The position numbers were made by a program, and so were the translations under genes. From positions 1-60,653 of the forward strand of contig NW_021834200.1 in the NCBI RefSeq assembly GCF_006345805.1: 60,653 nucleotides of DNA, given 5' to 3'. Of this stretch, positions 26,358 through 39,100 are shown piece by piece. The DNA comes from Octopus sinensis (lineage: Eukaryota). How positions within the stretch are numbered: the first letter of the stretch is position 1; each line of letters starts with the position of its first letter. Below the pieces are notes generated by a model. That model was not told the DNA's origin. It worked only from the letters and a program-made list of their open reading frames with translations, and did no database searches.

Positions 26358-26926
26358 TTTCTCGCATTCGTTGTCAAACAGATCTGAGGATTTGGGGTCT
26401 GTTGAGTCTATATATGAAATTTGAATGTGTTTGGGTGGGGTTGGGGTTTGTTACTCAGTGTGGGAGTGAAAGACTGCTGATGAATGATGGCTGAAAGAAA
26501 GTAGTAATTGGTCAACACAAGATAGTTGAATGGGGTGGAGTTGGAAGGTGGTGGGGTGTTAAAGGAATGCTTAGTGAAGCCATTTGAATAGTTGACATTT
26601 TGTCAAAAATCTAAAATCCAGATGTCATTCCAAATTCTTTCCTTTGGTAATTTTCTGTTTTAGGTGTGTGTGTGTAGGGTTTAAGACATGCCTTTTAATA
26701 AAAATGTTTTTTGATAGAAGTGTTTTACTTATATATAGTTTTGAGGGAGGAGAGGTGGGGGAGATCATGCTAGCTTACATATTTACTACCCTACATATAA
26801 TAAACAAAAGTTATATATGCATCTCTCTCCCCCTCTCTCTCTCTCTCTCTCACTCATACCTCAAACACTCCCAAGAACCACAAAACCCCAAATCCTCAGC
26901 TATGTTTGACAACGAATGCGAGAAAG
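26358..26926. repeat. 41-bp inverted repeat between two fragments of one interspersed repeat
   Basis: TTTCTCGCATTCGTTGTCAAACAGATCTGAGGATTTGGGGT (26358-26399) versus its reverse complement at 26885-26926, two mismatches. Confidence 0.8.
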
Positions 26927-27254
26927 TTCTTCAAAGTAGTTAACCAGAAATATATATGTGTGTATATATAATGTAGTACAAATATACATATATTTTTTAA
27001 AATGCATAAAATTGTGTAATATTTCAGACGAACAGGTGCCAAGCCAGCAGAATAGTAAGTGTACCGGTCAAATTGATTAGCGGCATTTCGTCCGTCTTTA
27101 CATTTTGAGTTCAGATTCCTCAATGGTCGACACGTTACCTCTTCACCCCTTCCGGGCCAATAAAATAAATATCAGTTGAACAATGATGTCGATGTAATCC
27201 TTGAAACCACGTCCCACACAACTACTGGCGAGGTACAAATATTGGAAGTTAAGT

Positions 27255-27655
27255 CAAATAAGCAAATACAATCATTCATCAATAGATGCTTGCGCAGTAT
27301 CCTTAAAATTAGATGGCCCGAACACATAAGCAGTATGGAGCTATGGCAAAGAACAAATGAAGTTTCGATTAGGGAGCAAATATTTAAGAAAAACTGGATG
27401 TAGATTGGTAGCACAATTAGATAAGACACACCAAATATAGCGAAAAGTACTTTACAGTGGAAACCGGATGGATATAGAATGAGAGGTAGGCCTAAGAACT
27501 CGTGGCGGAGATCAACACAAAAGGAACTAGAGAAAGGGGGACTTTCATGGCATAGTATAACTACAGAAGCCAAAAATTATGCGACATGGAATTCACCAAT
27601 AAGTGGCCTATACTCCGCGTTGGAGGGTTAAAGGCATAAAGAAGAAAGAAGAATA
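27255..27655 (+). mobile_element. 5'-truncated RTE-clade LINE 3' end
   Basis: Translation QIQSFINRCLRSILKIRWPEHISSMELWQRT..W.IG.T.R...LQWKPDG.R.RGRPKNSWRR matches the RTE ORF C-terminus; in-frame stops; (GAA)-rich tail. Confidence 0.85.
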
Positions 27656-28159
27656 TTTGAGATGTCCGCACTACATTTAATTGAAACGAGGAAATGGTTA
27701 TTAAATCCTTGTGTTTCAAATACACCAAACTAAACTGGAAAGATTATATACAACACAAGCTATCGAAACAGATAGAGTTCACATGATGACATATCAATGC
27801 CTGGCAGCTAATAGAGTAAATAGTTCAATATGTGAATGGATATTTATTTACAATGCGATGAAATGCATCTTTGAAAATCCTAATACTGCGCATGAAACTA
27901 GGTTTACTTGAGTCATTGTAATTACGTAGATATTCACACACTGAATAAACACCTCATCCTCCCCCTCCTCCTATTCCTCCTCCTCTTCCTCCTCCTCTTC
28001 CTCTCCCTCGTCCTCCACCTCTTCCTTCTCCTCTCTCGTTCTTTCTCTCTATTTCTCTCTTTATCGCTCCTTCACACACATTCACGCACATGTGTATATG
28101 TATCTACTGATCTACGTACCAATATATACATACGTATTCTGATATACTATATTACTTTT

Positions 28160-28815
28160 GATATGCATATATACATGCGAATATAAATATATATATATAT
28201 ATATATAATATATATATATACATATATATATATATAATATATATATATCTATATATATATATATACATACATACATACATATATATATATGTATATCTAT
28301 ATGATATATTATATATTTACATATTTACATATACATATATATATATACTTATATGTATATATATATATACAAACACACAAGCATAAATGTTTGCTGTAGG
28401 TGTATAAGTTCTATATGTTTATACCTCTCTCATTGTATCTATCTCTCTCTGCATATATATTGATTTATATTTACGCGCACATGGAAAGAATGCACACGCA
28501 CTCTCTATCTCCCTCGTGCATGCACACATACATACAGAGTCATGCACGCATACATTTCGAGACAGACACGCACGTATATTGCATTTATTGTAAGCGCTCA
28601 ATTCTAATCTGTTAATCTTTTTATTAGTCTTGTTGTGCACGCGTGCATGCATGCATCTACAAACACACATACAGAAATACACATATAGATATATACATAC
28701 ACACACACATATTTTGACATGTGCAATTATATGCATGTATCGATGCAAACGTATATGCGTGTATGTATATGCATTATATATATTATATAGCACATACGTA
28801 TATACAGATATTTGA

Positions 28816-28887
<72 letters not shown>

Positions 28888-28891
28888 GTAC

Positions 28892-28945
<54 letters not shown>

Positions 28946-28971
28946 TGTCTGTTTGTACTTACACCCGTTTA

Positions 28972-29015
<44 letters not shown>

Positions 29016-29180
29016 CGTGTATGTATACATACATATATATTTCTGTATATATATATATCTATATATATACACACATACACATACACATACACACACACGC
29101 ACACACACACATATGTATATATATGTACACATATATAATTACTAAGCATATATATATATATATGCAAACATATAAACACG
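28160..29180. repeat. degenerate (TA)/(CA)/(TG) microsatellite field
   Basis: Direct reading. Confidence 0.9.
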
Positions 29181-29599
29181 CATGCACTCGCACCCCACCA
29201 CACACGCAGACACACTCACCACACAGACACACACTCACAAACACATATTTATGTGTATAAATAGATTCAATATATTTTCACTCTTTTACCTTATTTTTTC
29301 TACGTTTCCTCCTTCTTGTGTCTTAATCTCTTATATTATTCTATATTATTCCAACCTTTCCGTAATGTTTCCACTTAATTTTTTTTTTATTCGTTCTGTT
29401 CTTCGTGTTCGAACTTCCTCTATACTTAACCCTCGACTTTCATCTCTTCGAGATCAATACGCATATATCTACCGGCAATATTTATTTTACTTTTATTATC
29501 ATTCTTCTCTTCTTCTTCTTCTTCTTCTTCTTATTATTATTATTGTTATTGTTATTATTGTTATTGTTATTATTATTATTATTATTATTTTTATTGTTG

Positions 29600-29640
<41 letters not shown>

Positions 29641-30775
29641 ATTTCAGAAACGAACGTCTATAACCCCTTTACTGAGTTAAAATAAAATAAAGTAGAACAA
29701 AACTAAACTAAAACAAAATGAAGGGCGTTATGCACGAGAGCCTGCAGAAAGCAATCAACATACCGTTAGTTTTGCTGGAAATAAATCCATTTTCTATATA
29801 GTGTATTGATATATCAGCCTATCTCTACCTACTTGTTGTTTTCTGTTTTTGTTTTGTTATGCGTTTTTCACTTTTGTATTATTAATCATATTTATCATTT
29901 CTAACCTCAGCAAGAGAAATGAAATAAATAAATAAATAAATGAAATTGAAGAAACTATAAAAAAATTAATAATGAATTAAAAAAAAAATAATTATAGAAG
30001 TGATGCATCTTCTGTCAAAAATTACATTTATTTAACGAAACAATGCATAAAAATTCTTTACACTAACCCACGTTGCCCTCAACGCCGAAGAAGAATTCGA
30101 AATTAGGAAATGAAAATTGAAAAAAATGGAAAGATGAAAAACGAAATGTTGGTGGTAGAAAAGTACTCGAGGTTGTGTGACATGACATGTCAGAAAAAGA
30201 AAGAGCTGTGAAATTTTCAATAATTTTATTTTCTGCGTAACGAAAATTATTCCTTTGTATTGAAGTACTGCATTGAACGGAACTATGCCTCTCTGCGTTT
30301 CCTCCTCACAAAATTATGAGATATTGAGGCACACTCGAGGAATAACATGTATTTATTTCTATAACATCGCCCATCTCTCACATTATATGATTTTCTATTA
30401 TTTTGTCTTGATCATTCAACCGCCAACGTTTTATTATTTTTTTGCAACCTTTCTGATTTTTAAGGTGTCATCTATGTATTTACTTTCGTTTTGTTTTGTT
30501 TTTTCAAAGCCATAAATCGCAAAAAGGGAATTGCAAATAAGAGGTGTCAATCTTCCCGATCAGCAAAGTCAACCAACCAACAATCAGCAAGCCAACCGAC
30601 CGACCGACCGACTGACCGACCGACCAACCATACCAACCAACGGATATCCTTGAATGGTTTAAGTTGAACAAATCAATCCCAGCGCTAATTAGTTTTTTAA
30701 AATTGTAATCCTTATTCAATCAGCCTCTTTTTGACGAATGACGAAACGCTGTTACGGGACGTAAACCAAATACAC

Positions 30776-30819
<44 letters not shown>

Positions 30820-31136
30820 ACTCACACACACACACGCACACACATGTATGTATATATGTATATACATGGTACGGGAAACTTCACAACTTATATACACCAT
30901 TTTACTTGAATAATGGAACAGCAAATACAATATCCTTATGTATCTCACTTTTATTTTAATTCTCTTACTTGTCTCTGTATTTCATGTCTTCTCTACAATA
31001 ATTAATAGTCAAACATTTTCTCGCACCCTCTCTAATGAAGGATATATAAAATATCCCAGAAACAGCTGTAAGGCCTTTTCTTTATAAATGTTCTGAAAAC
31101 TGTTTACAGCCTTGGATTTTTTATCTCATTCTTTCA

Positions 31137-31216
<80 letters not shown>

Positions 31217-32058
31217 TGGTCTGTATGTAAGTACATATTCCTTTAAATTTGGTACGACTCAATAACACTGTCTCTCTCTCCTACATTTCTCTGCCTTTCA
31301 CACTTTGCACTCTACTTTGATCTGTCTCTTTCTCTCTCTTTCTCTCTTTACTTCTCCTCCCTCTTTTCTCTTTTCTTGCCTCTGATTCTTTGGTCTACTC
31401 TTCCCCCACTCTCTCACATTTCTCTGTCTTTCTCACTTTGCACTCACTGATTCTGTCGCCAAGCCAATCCTTGGCACGCTCTCTTTCTTCTCCCCTCTTT
31501 AATTCCTTCTTTCTCTCTCCCCCTTTGGTGCCTTCGTCCCTCTTTTTCTCTCACTCTTTGATTCCTTTGCCCCCTTTTTCTCTCCCTTCTCCTCTCACGT
31601 GACCGCTGGTCAACCAGCCTTTCAGCTTCTAACCAGCGCCATGGGAACATCGTTGTCTTCGTCTGCCGAAAAAGGCATTTTTTTTCCAAATACGCCAGCT
31701 AAACTAAGTTGTACTGTCTATTAGTCGTAAGACACCCGCTGTTGTTGTCCTCTTATTACTATTATTGTTTTTTGTATTTTATATTCGTGTGGCATCGTCC
31801 GTTTTTCTGTCCCTGTTTCGTATACATTCGATCCTTTTTCCAAGAAATCTAATGCTCGTAGCTTAGTTTTTCCTTGGGGCTGGCCGAATCGGAGCGATCT
31901 CAAGATTAATCAGCCGAAATTGCTAAGATGATCCGGTTCTTGACTGAAGATTGAAGGCTTCGAATGTCCCGTCCGTGTTTTTTGTATCGTCTCCTAAATG
32001 TTTTACGTTCTTGTCCCAGTTTGTATTTTTCTACATATAATATATGTATATGTATATA

Positions 32059-32176
<118 letters not shown>

Positions 32177-32179
32177 ATG

Positions 32180-32212
<33 letters not shown>

Positions 32213-32226
32213 ATATATATATATAT

Positions 32227-32520
32227 ATATAATATTAATTAGAGACAAAACCACTATTTGCAAAACAAACAAGGAAAGACTTAATCAATACATACAATTT
32301 TAATAAAAAGTAAAAAAAACCGCCACTACAATTGTTTCATGTCTTGATCGACAATCTTCAGGTGGATTTCCGATCTTCTTTGCACCTGAAGATTGTCGAT
32401 CAAGACATGAAACAATTGTAGTGGCGGTTTTTTTACTTTTTATTAAAATTTTATGTATTGATTAAGTCTTTCCTTGTTTGTTTTGCAAAATAGTGGTTTT
32501 GTCTCTAATTAATATTATAT
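32227..32520. repeat. 294-bp near-perfect palindrome (138-bp arms, 18-nt loop)
   Basis: Arms 32227-32364 and 32383-32520 differ by one substitution and two 1-bp homopolymer indels; the left end abuts (TA)n/(TG)n. Confidence 0.97.
32383..32423 (+). ncRNA. candidate minimal type I hammerhead ribozyme (mirror copy on minus strand at 32324-32364)
   Basis: CAC-CTGAAGA-T-TGTC-GATCAA-GACA-T-GAAA-C-AATT-G-TA^-GTG: 3-bp stem I, intact CUGANGA and GAAA core, short stem III with palindromic AAUU loop, GUA triplet ending at 32420; non-canonical U.U at the base of stem II. Confidence 0.6.
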
Positions 32521-33084
32521 AATATTTTACTATAAAATTGGATTTAATCCTAAATCTGATTTTTTTTCCCTGTAAATTTGAATTTATTCCCTAATAATAA
32601 TTATTATTTTTATATATATATATATATAAATACATGACTGGTTTCCCGTCCCACAGGCCTTGTTTGTCCCTATTTTTCATACACAAACACACACATAGGT
32701 TTTAAGCCTATATTTGCACACGGATAAACATACCTTTCTCTGCTTTAAGCTTCTCTTTTCTAAAGTAGAATTATTTCACGACTGGCGAAGATTCAAAAAT
32801 TCTTATGACGTAAAAGAAAGCACAAAGTGGTTCTCGCTAGTAATAATAGCAAAGTTTTTAAAATGGATGAGGGGAGAAATTCGAAGAATTGCTTTGGCCA
32901 AATAGTAGAACGTCTGTAACTTTTGCAGAAGATGCGTTTAAATACTGTTATTTCCAAAGTTATCTACCTTGTGTGCCATTATCAAAAAATAACAAATCAT
33001 TGAAAACGTTTCGAAAATTAGTTGATGATAACTTAGATAAATTTGACAGGCCATGTCAAATACAACCATATGGTGAAGTCTTTT

Positions 33085-33470
33085 AGTTATATATGGGGCA
33101 CCGTGGCCCTCTCTAGCAAATAGTTATTATTGTTGGAGTCATATCCGGGGTGTAGGAAGTTGGTCCGGGATTATTTGGAGAAATTTGTTCTGAGAACTTT
33201 TGAATTTTATGGGATCTGTTTCCATTTCGACGTGTTTGGTAAAGTGTTACAGAGAGCTGGAGCGGTTGAGGTAAAGTAGTTGTATCGTAATGTTTTTATG
33301 CGTCCTGAGTTCGATTTTTGTAGTGGACGGATAGTACGGGGGCCAAGTCTGTGATGGATTTTAAAATTGATGCCAATATAGTTTGTGCAATATTGTTGGA
33401 ATATTTTCCACACCACACAAATGATGTAGCACGCTCAGCGGCGTTGGAGAGAGTACAGACTGAGATTTTT
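33085..33470 (-). mobile_element. decayed CR1-like LINE 3' end
   Basis: Minus strand reads LYSLQRR*ACYIICVVWKI...APALCNTLP, resembling the YSLQRRRERY..IWKI..GP.LFN.LP tail of CR1-group ORF2. Confidence 0.6.
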
Positions 33471-33609
33471 AGTCGACCCCAATAGTCAACGCCTTACATG
33501 CCGTCTATCTTTCAGGTAACTGACCTCTGGAGTGCTTCAACTTTCATAATGAGTTGTGGGCAACAGTATTCAAGGCGGTGTCGTGTAGCAAGTGCGCTAT
33601 AAAGATTCG

Positions 33610-34776
33610 AAATGTTCTCGCATTGCAATTAATATCTTTGATAACAACTCGTAATAATACCAAAATAATTAAAACTTGTACACATTGCTCCAGAATTAAT
33701 TAAAATTTTCGTTATAGGTGAGAACAGCCATAATTGCTGAAAGTGTAAACACACCGATTATAGATTCTTTATATTCTAAATCTATTTCAATTTTATAGTT
33801 TTGTAACTAAGAATATACAGTGGCAATTATAATTCTTGTTTATAGCTATGGAAAGAAATTTCTCTTACGTGGAAATTGGTTTGGCTTTACGTTGTTTCGT
33901 TTAAAGTCGCCCTCCTCGTGAAAATCTGTCCACCACGTTGAATGTAACGGGACAATATTGTCATTTGAACATGCTCCTTCTGACGTCGAACATTGGCACA
34001 TAGAGCTAATGTTTATGGCTCTTTCATTGTATTACTTACAGAGTTCCAATATGATTTAAAAAAAAAAAACGAGCGCTTGAGGAGAGAGAATTAAAACACA
34101 AAAGGAAAATTTTAAATCTCGAACGAAAAACGCAGTCTTTTGACTTGTTTGAACTCCAAGCTCTTACAATTCCATTTCTTTAATACTTTACTTCAAAACA
34201 AGGTGAGAAGTGTGTATGTGTGTGTGCGCATGTGAGTGTGCACCTGTATTTCAAAGGGCCAACCTTGTCACACACTGTGTCACGCTGAATCTTCCTGAGA
34301 ACTACGTTAAGGGTATATGTGACTGTGGAGTGCTCAGCAACTTGCACGTTAATTTCACGAGCAAGTTGTTCTGTTCATTGGATCAACAGGAACCATCGTC
34401 GTCGTGACCGACGGAGCGCCCCAACGTATATATACACACAGACACACACATTCACTCACATGCATATATATATATATATATTATATATATATATAAGTAC
34501 ACACACATACACATATATATATATATATATACATGTACATATCTTTATATGTGTGTATGTATTTACAACAAGCATTCCCTAGAAATTTCGTGTAATAAGT
34601 TCACAAGTTCACTCTCAAGACATTCATCGGCCCTGAGCTATAATAGATGAGACTTGCTCAAGTGGTACTCGACCTGAAACAACGTGGTTCTACAGCGAGC
34701 ATTTTAACCGCACAGCCATGCACATACACACACACACACGCACGCACACATAAATACACACAAATATACATATGTA

Positions 34777-34838
<62 letters not shown>

Positions 34839-34873
34839 TATATGTATGCATATATGCAATAATATCTATATGA

Positions 34874-34931
<58 letters not shown>

Positions 34932-35575
34932 GCGTGTGTGTGTATACACATATAAACTTTTCATCTTATTCTGAAGCAGTGTATTAACGAAATTGAATCG
35001 TAAGCGTTTGAATGTCAAAAATGTCAAAAGACTGCGTTTTTCGTTGGAGATTTAACATTTTCCTTTTGTGTTTTAGCTCTGTTTCTCCTCAAGCGCTCGT
35101 TTTTCTATTTAAAATCACATTGGAACTCTGCAAGTAATACAATACAAGAGCTATAAATGACAGCTTTTTGTGCCAGTGTTCGAAGTGAGAAGGAATATGT
35201 TCAAATGGCAGTATCGTCACTGTTCATTTAACATTGTCGATAGCTTTTCAGAGGGAGTGCAACTTTAAACGAAACAACGTAAAGCAAAACCGAATTCTCC
35301 ATAAGAGGAATTCCTTTCCATAAGCTATAAGCAAAAATTATAACTCCCTGTGTATATTATGTGTCAGAAAAGCATAAAAAACGAATTAGATTTGGAAAAT
35401 AAAGAAGCAACAACCGTTGTGTTTTCATCTTCAATAATTGCCTCTTCTCAAACGGTATGACATTTCTAGTTTGTTCAGTACCAATTAATGATGTTACACA
35501 TTGAGTACACGTTTGAATTATTTTGCCATTACTATGAATTGTTATCAAAGATTTTACTTGTAGAACGAGAACCTT
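33610..35575. repeat. large diverged inverted repeat (~600-bp arms)
   Basis: About 33610-34220 aligns by eye to the reverse complement of about 34945-35575, e.g. CGAGCGCTTGAGGAG...AACGAAAAACGCAGTCTTTTGAC versus GTCAAAAGACTGCGTTTTTCGTT...CTCCTCAAGCGCTCG, and GCTTTACGTTGTTTCGTTTAAAGT versus ACTTTAAACGAAACAACGTAAAGC. Confidence 0.8.
34240..34420 (+). mobile_element. SINE family E, 3' fragment
   Basis: Shares its body with 4420-4808. Confidence 0.75.
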
Positions 35576-36847
35576 TCCAATATGTATTGCTCGCTTACTC
35601 TCTATCGTGAAATTCCCGGAACGTTTAAAATACTTCGTTTATTTTCACCGTCAGGATGCTTAGTAGATAACGCTGTAAATAGTAAATTTCGAACACATCT
35701 TCTGCAAAAATTACACATCTTCTACTATTCAATCAAAGCGGTCCTTCTAATTTCTGCCCTCTACAATTAGACAAGATTTGCTCTTACCAGTGAGAATTGT
35801 ATGGTTTTTGCGCTATAATAATTTGGAAACTTCAAGAGTCATGAAAAGTGAAACTCAAGGCAGTTAAAGATGTGCGTAATAGCGTGCAAACATAGGGCTA
35901 AAAGCCGTTTGGGTATGAAAAATAGGGTCTAACATTCCCTGTGCTACTGGAACATACTTCTTCAGTAAACAGGACTGACGCTGTAGCCTTGGACTAAAGA
36001 AATATTTGAAGATTCTCCTTCCATTTACGAAGCTTTTTGTTACCAATGAAAGCTGCATTTTTTATGTCTTAACAATTGAAAAACATCCAAAGACAACAAT
36101 TTAGGCTTTAACAAATCGTTTTTTTTTCTTTTTAGTGGTGAAACCTGAAGTAGATACAGCTATAGTTAATAGAGTGTATATATTGAGTTATAAACATTTT
36201 GGACAGAATATGTGGAAGACTGCTCGTGCAATTCGATCTCTGAGCTTCTGAAAGTATGGCAGACGTTATTTTCTATTGTTACACGCTTTTTCTATATTTC
36301 TATTTTTAAGGCTGCAGACATAAGAAACGGACATTTAACGTCTAGCCATCATTACAGCAGGGTTATAATCTACCTATATAAAAGAGGAAAAAAACTTTGG
36401 CTTTGGTAAGGATTCAATGGCACTAGACGTGCTAGGATCGAGCTGAAAATTTATACACCTATAGCAGGCGTGGTGTAGTTACGGCCATAGTAGATTTGAA
36501 CAAAGGCCCGAAACAATGCATTTTCTGCGAGTGAGTGGTTGTCATACACGATTGCTTTGAGTTGTGTTCACGCAACGTGTTGGATTCTACGCGTGACTGT
36601 GCGCATGTTTGCGCGAATGCAACGGGAAAATGGGGCGAAAACACGTTCAATTTTTGAGTTTTTCGAAAAACAAAAAAATTTCCTGAATCGATTGGAGCAA
36701 GTTTGAATTCTCTAGCTTGCAAAATGCAAATTCTAGCAGTTTTTAGTGCCTTTTTAAGGAGTTCTCAGTTGAAAATGGTGTCAATAAATAGCTCCAAATG
36801 AGAGAATTATTTTGCAGACCGAATCGCCTCAAACATCGAACGGAAAG

Positions 36848-37220
36848 TATAAAGCTGAAGTTGCCTGTGTGTGGCAGGTTTGATAGCCTTCAATACTATC
36901 TCCTCCGAGACCCTGCGGCGCAAGTTGACCAAAATTGAGATTATGATAGAAGAAGGCATGCTCTTCAAATCAGAACATGTTAAATTCAAATCGGATCATG
37001 TTAAGACCAAAAATTATTTACATCAAAAAGTTGATTTTTTTTCTATGAAAATCCCTATTTTTTACGTTTTTTGACTGCTGTGTCGCCATTTTTTCGTTGT
37101 ATTACAACCAGAAAAAAATTTCCCTTAAAGAGAATAACAAGCTAAATAATGCAAAATTTTTACTTTACAAAATTTCCAATTCTAAAGGGTTGAAACAAAC
37201 CTGAGCAACGCCAGGCGATA
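36848..37220 (+). mobile_element. possible non-autonomous Helitron-like element
   Basis: Starts TATAAAGCTGAAGTTG, ends GAGCAACGCCAGGCGATA, similar to Helitron 3' hairpin regions; terminal CTAG absent; assignment from recall. Confidence 0.45.
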
Positions 37221-37304
37221 TAATATTTGGATCTTTACCTTTTGACCGTGTATATTTCGTTTGCCGCTGTTATTTATGACATCGTTCGTACGTTTCTACT
37301 GGTT

Positions 37305-37410
37305 TTAGCTTTAAGGTTAGGGTTTTAGGGTTAGTGTTAGGGTTTTAGGGTTAGTATTTTATGGTGAGGGGTTTTAGGGTTAGAGTTTTAGGGTTAGGGT
37401 TTTGGGGTTA
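37305..37410 (+). repeat. degenerate telomere-like (TTAGGG/TTTTAGGG) tract
   Basis: AAGGTTAGGGTTTTAGGGTTAGTGTTAGGGTTTTAGGGTTAG...TTTAGGGTTAGGG. Confidence 0.75.
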
Positions 37411-37659
37411 TGACTTTAACAAGAAATAACTTGCAAAATACAGATTTTTCTCAACAACACCAAGAGTAAAATATGTTTTATGTGACACATTCCACCAGTG
37501 TCCGAAGTTTGAAAGTGCTTAGTTACAAAAATTATTTTTTAAATCTGTCGGTTGAAAGATCCTAATATTTGCAAAGGGAATATACGTTTTCCGAAAATTT
37601 GAGAAAGGGCGTTAATTAATTACATCGATGTCTGTATTCTTTTATACTCTAGGCACAAG

Positions 37660-37790
37660 GCCCGAAATTTTTAGGAAGGGGGCCAGTCGATTAGATCGGT
37701 ATAAGTATTCAACAGCCACTCATTTTAGCGACCCCGAAAGAATGAAAAGTGAAGTCGATCTCGGCGAAATTGGAAATCAAAACAGAAAAG
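37660..37790 (-). mobile_element. SINE family B fragment
   Basis: GCGACCCCGAAAGAATGAAAAGTGAAGTCGATCTCGGCGAAATT. Confidence 0.65.
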
Positions 37791-38562
37791 CTAAAGAGAT
37801 GCCATTATGTATTTTGTCCTGCGCGGAAATAATTGTGCTAGCTCAATGCTTTTGCAAAGCCAAAATCGGGAAGGATCCCTACCATCTAAAACCAATCATT
37901 TCAATACCAAACAATAACAAAAGACAGAGTGAGTTTTAAAACACTGGAATGTTTCGTTGTGAAGTTATTCAACCAATTCGCTTTAATTTCTACATATGAA
38001 CTGTCAATGTTTATTTATTTATTTTCCATGCCTACACATGTTTCATGTGGTTAAGAAGTCTGTGACCTACATGAGTGAGAACAAAAAGAAAAAAATCCAA
38101 GTATCAGGGTTGGTACTTGGTTTGTAGGGTTGGCCGCGAACCTCAATCCATTGTGTTTTAATCCACTCGATTTTCATATTTTTATTTCTTTTTAACTATG
38201 TTTAACTTCATATTGTTAATCATTCGTTCCCCAACCCCTTGTCTGTCTCTGTAACGTCCCCTCATTGTATAGACCAGCATGGTTAAATAAAATTCGGTTA
38301 AGAAGTCTGTCTCAGACATACATACATACATACATATATAAACATATTACATCCATCCACGGTACGTACGTACGTATGTATGTATGCATGCATGTCTGTG
38401 TGTGCATTTGTGTATGTGTGTGTGTGTGTGGTGTTTTGCTTGTCACCCACAACTGCTGCTTCAATACCGGTGTTAATTTATTTACATCCCTGTAACTTTG
38501 CTGTTCAGCAAAAGAAACCGAACGAATAAGCGCCAGAAATTAAAATAACTGGTGTCAATTTT

Positions 38563-38785
38563 GGAAGCACATGGCGTAGAGGTTAGAGCAGCGGACACGT
38601 GGTCGAGGGATCACGGGTTCGAATCTCAGACCGGACGATGTGTGTGTTTATGAACGAAAAACCTAAGCTTCACGCGGCTCCAGCAGGCCGTAATGGCGAG
38701 CCTCTGCTGACTCTTTCGCCACAAACTTCTCTCTCTCTCTTTCCTCCTGCGTCTAGCAGCTCACCTGCGACGGACCAGTACCAAC
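38563..38785 (+). mobile_element. tRNA-derived SINE family F
   Basis: A box TGGCGTAGAGG and B box GGTTCGAATC followed by a non-tRNA body with (CT)n. Confidence 0.65.
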
Positions 38786-38789
38786 GCAG

Positions 38790-39100
38790 GAAATTTCGGG
38801 GGAGGGGACTAGTCGATCACGTCGACCTCAGTGTTTCACTGGTACTTCATTTATCGACCGCGAAAGGATGAAAGGTAAAGTCGACCTCGGCTGAATTTGA
38901 ACTCAGAACATTAAGACGGGAGAAATGCCACTAAGCATTTTGCCGGCATGCAAACGATTCTTATTTGTTTACTACTCACAAGGGGCTACACATAGAGGGG
39001 ACAAACCAGGACAGACAAACGGATTAAGTCGATTACATCGACCCAGTGCGTAACTGGTACTTATTTAATCGACCCCGAAAGGACGAAAGGCAAAGTCGAC
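38790..39100 (-). mobile_element. two tandem SINE family B copies, reverse
   Basis: TTTATCGACCGCGAAAGGATGAAAGGTAAAGTCGACCTCGGCTGAATTTGAACTCAGAAC and TTTAATCGACCCCGAAAGGACGAAAGGCAAAGTCGACC. Confidence 0.85.

Noticed and set aside
32714-33086. Coding-looking plus-strand ORFs beside the CR1 fragment
   Set aside because: No recognisable motif; may be a decayed element but not assignable.
37305-37410. True telomere or chromosome fusion point
   Set aside because: Short, degenerate, single orientation, no head-to-head junction.
38563-38640. tRNA gene (also 48614-48680, 6060-6130, 4740-4808)
   Set aside because: A and B boxes are present but I could not form a complete cloverleaf, and each runs into a SINE body; treated as tRNA-derived heads.
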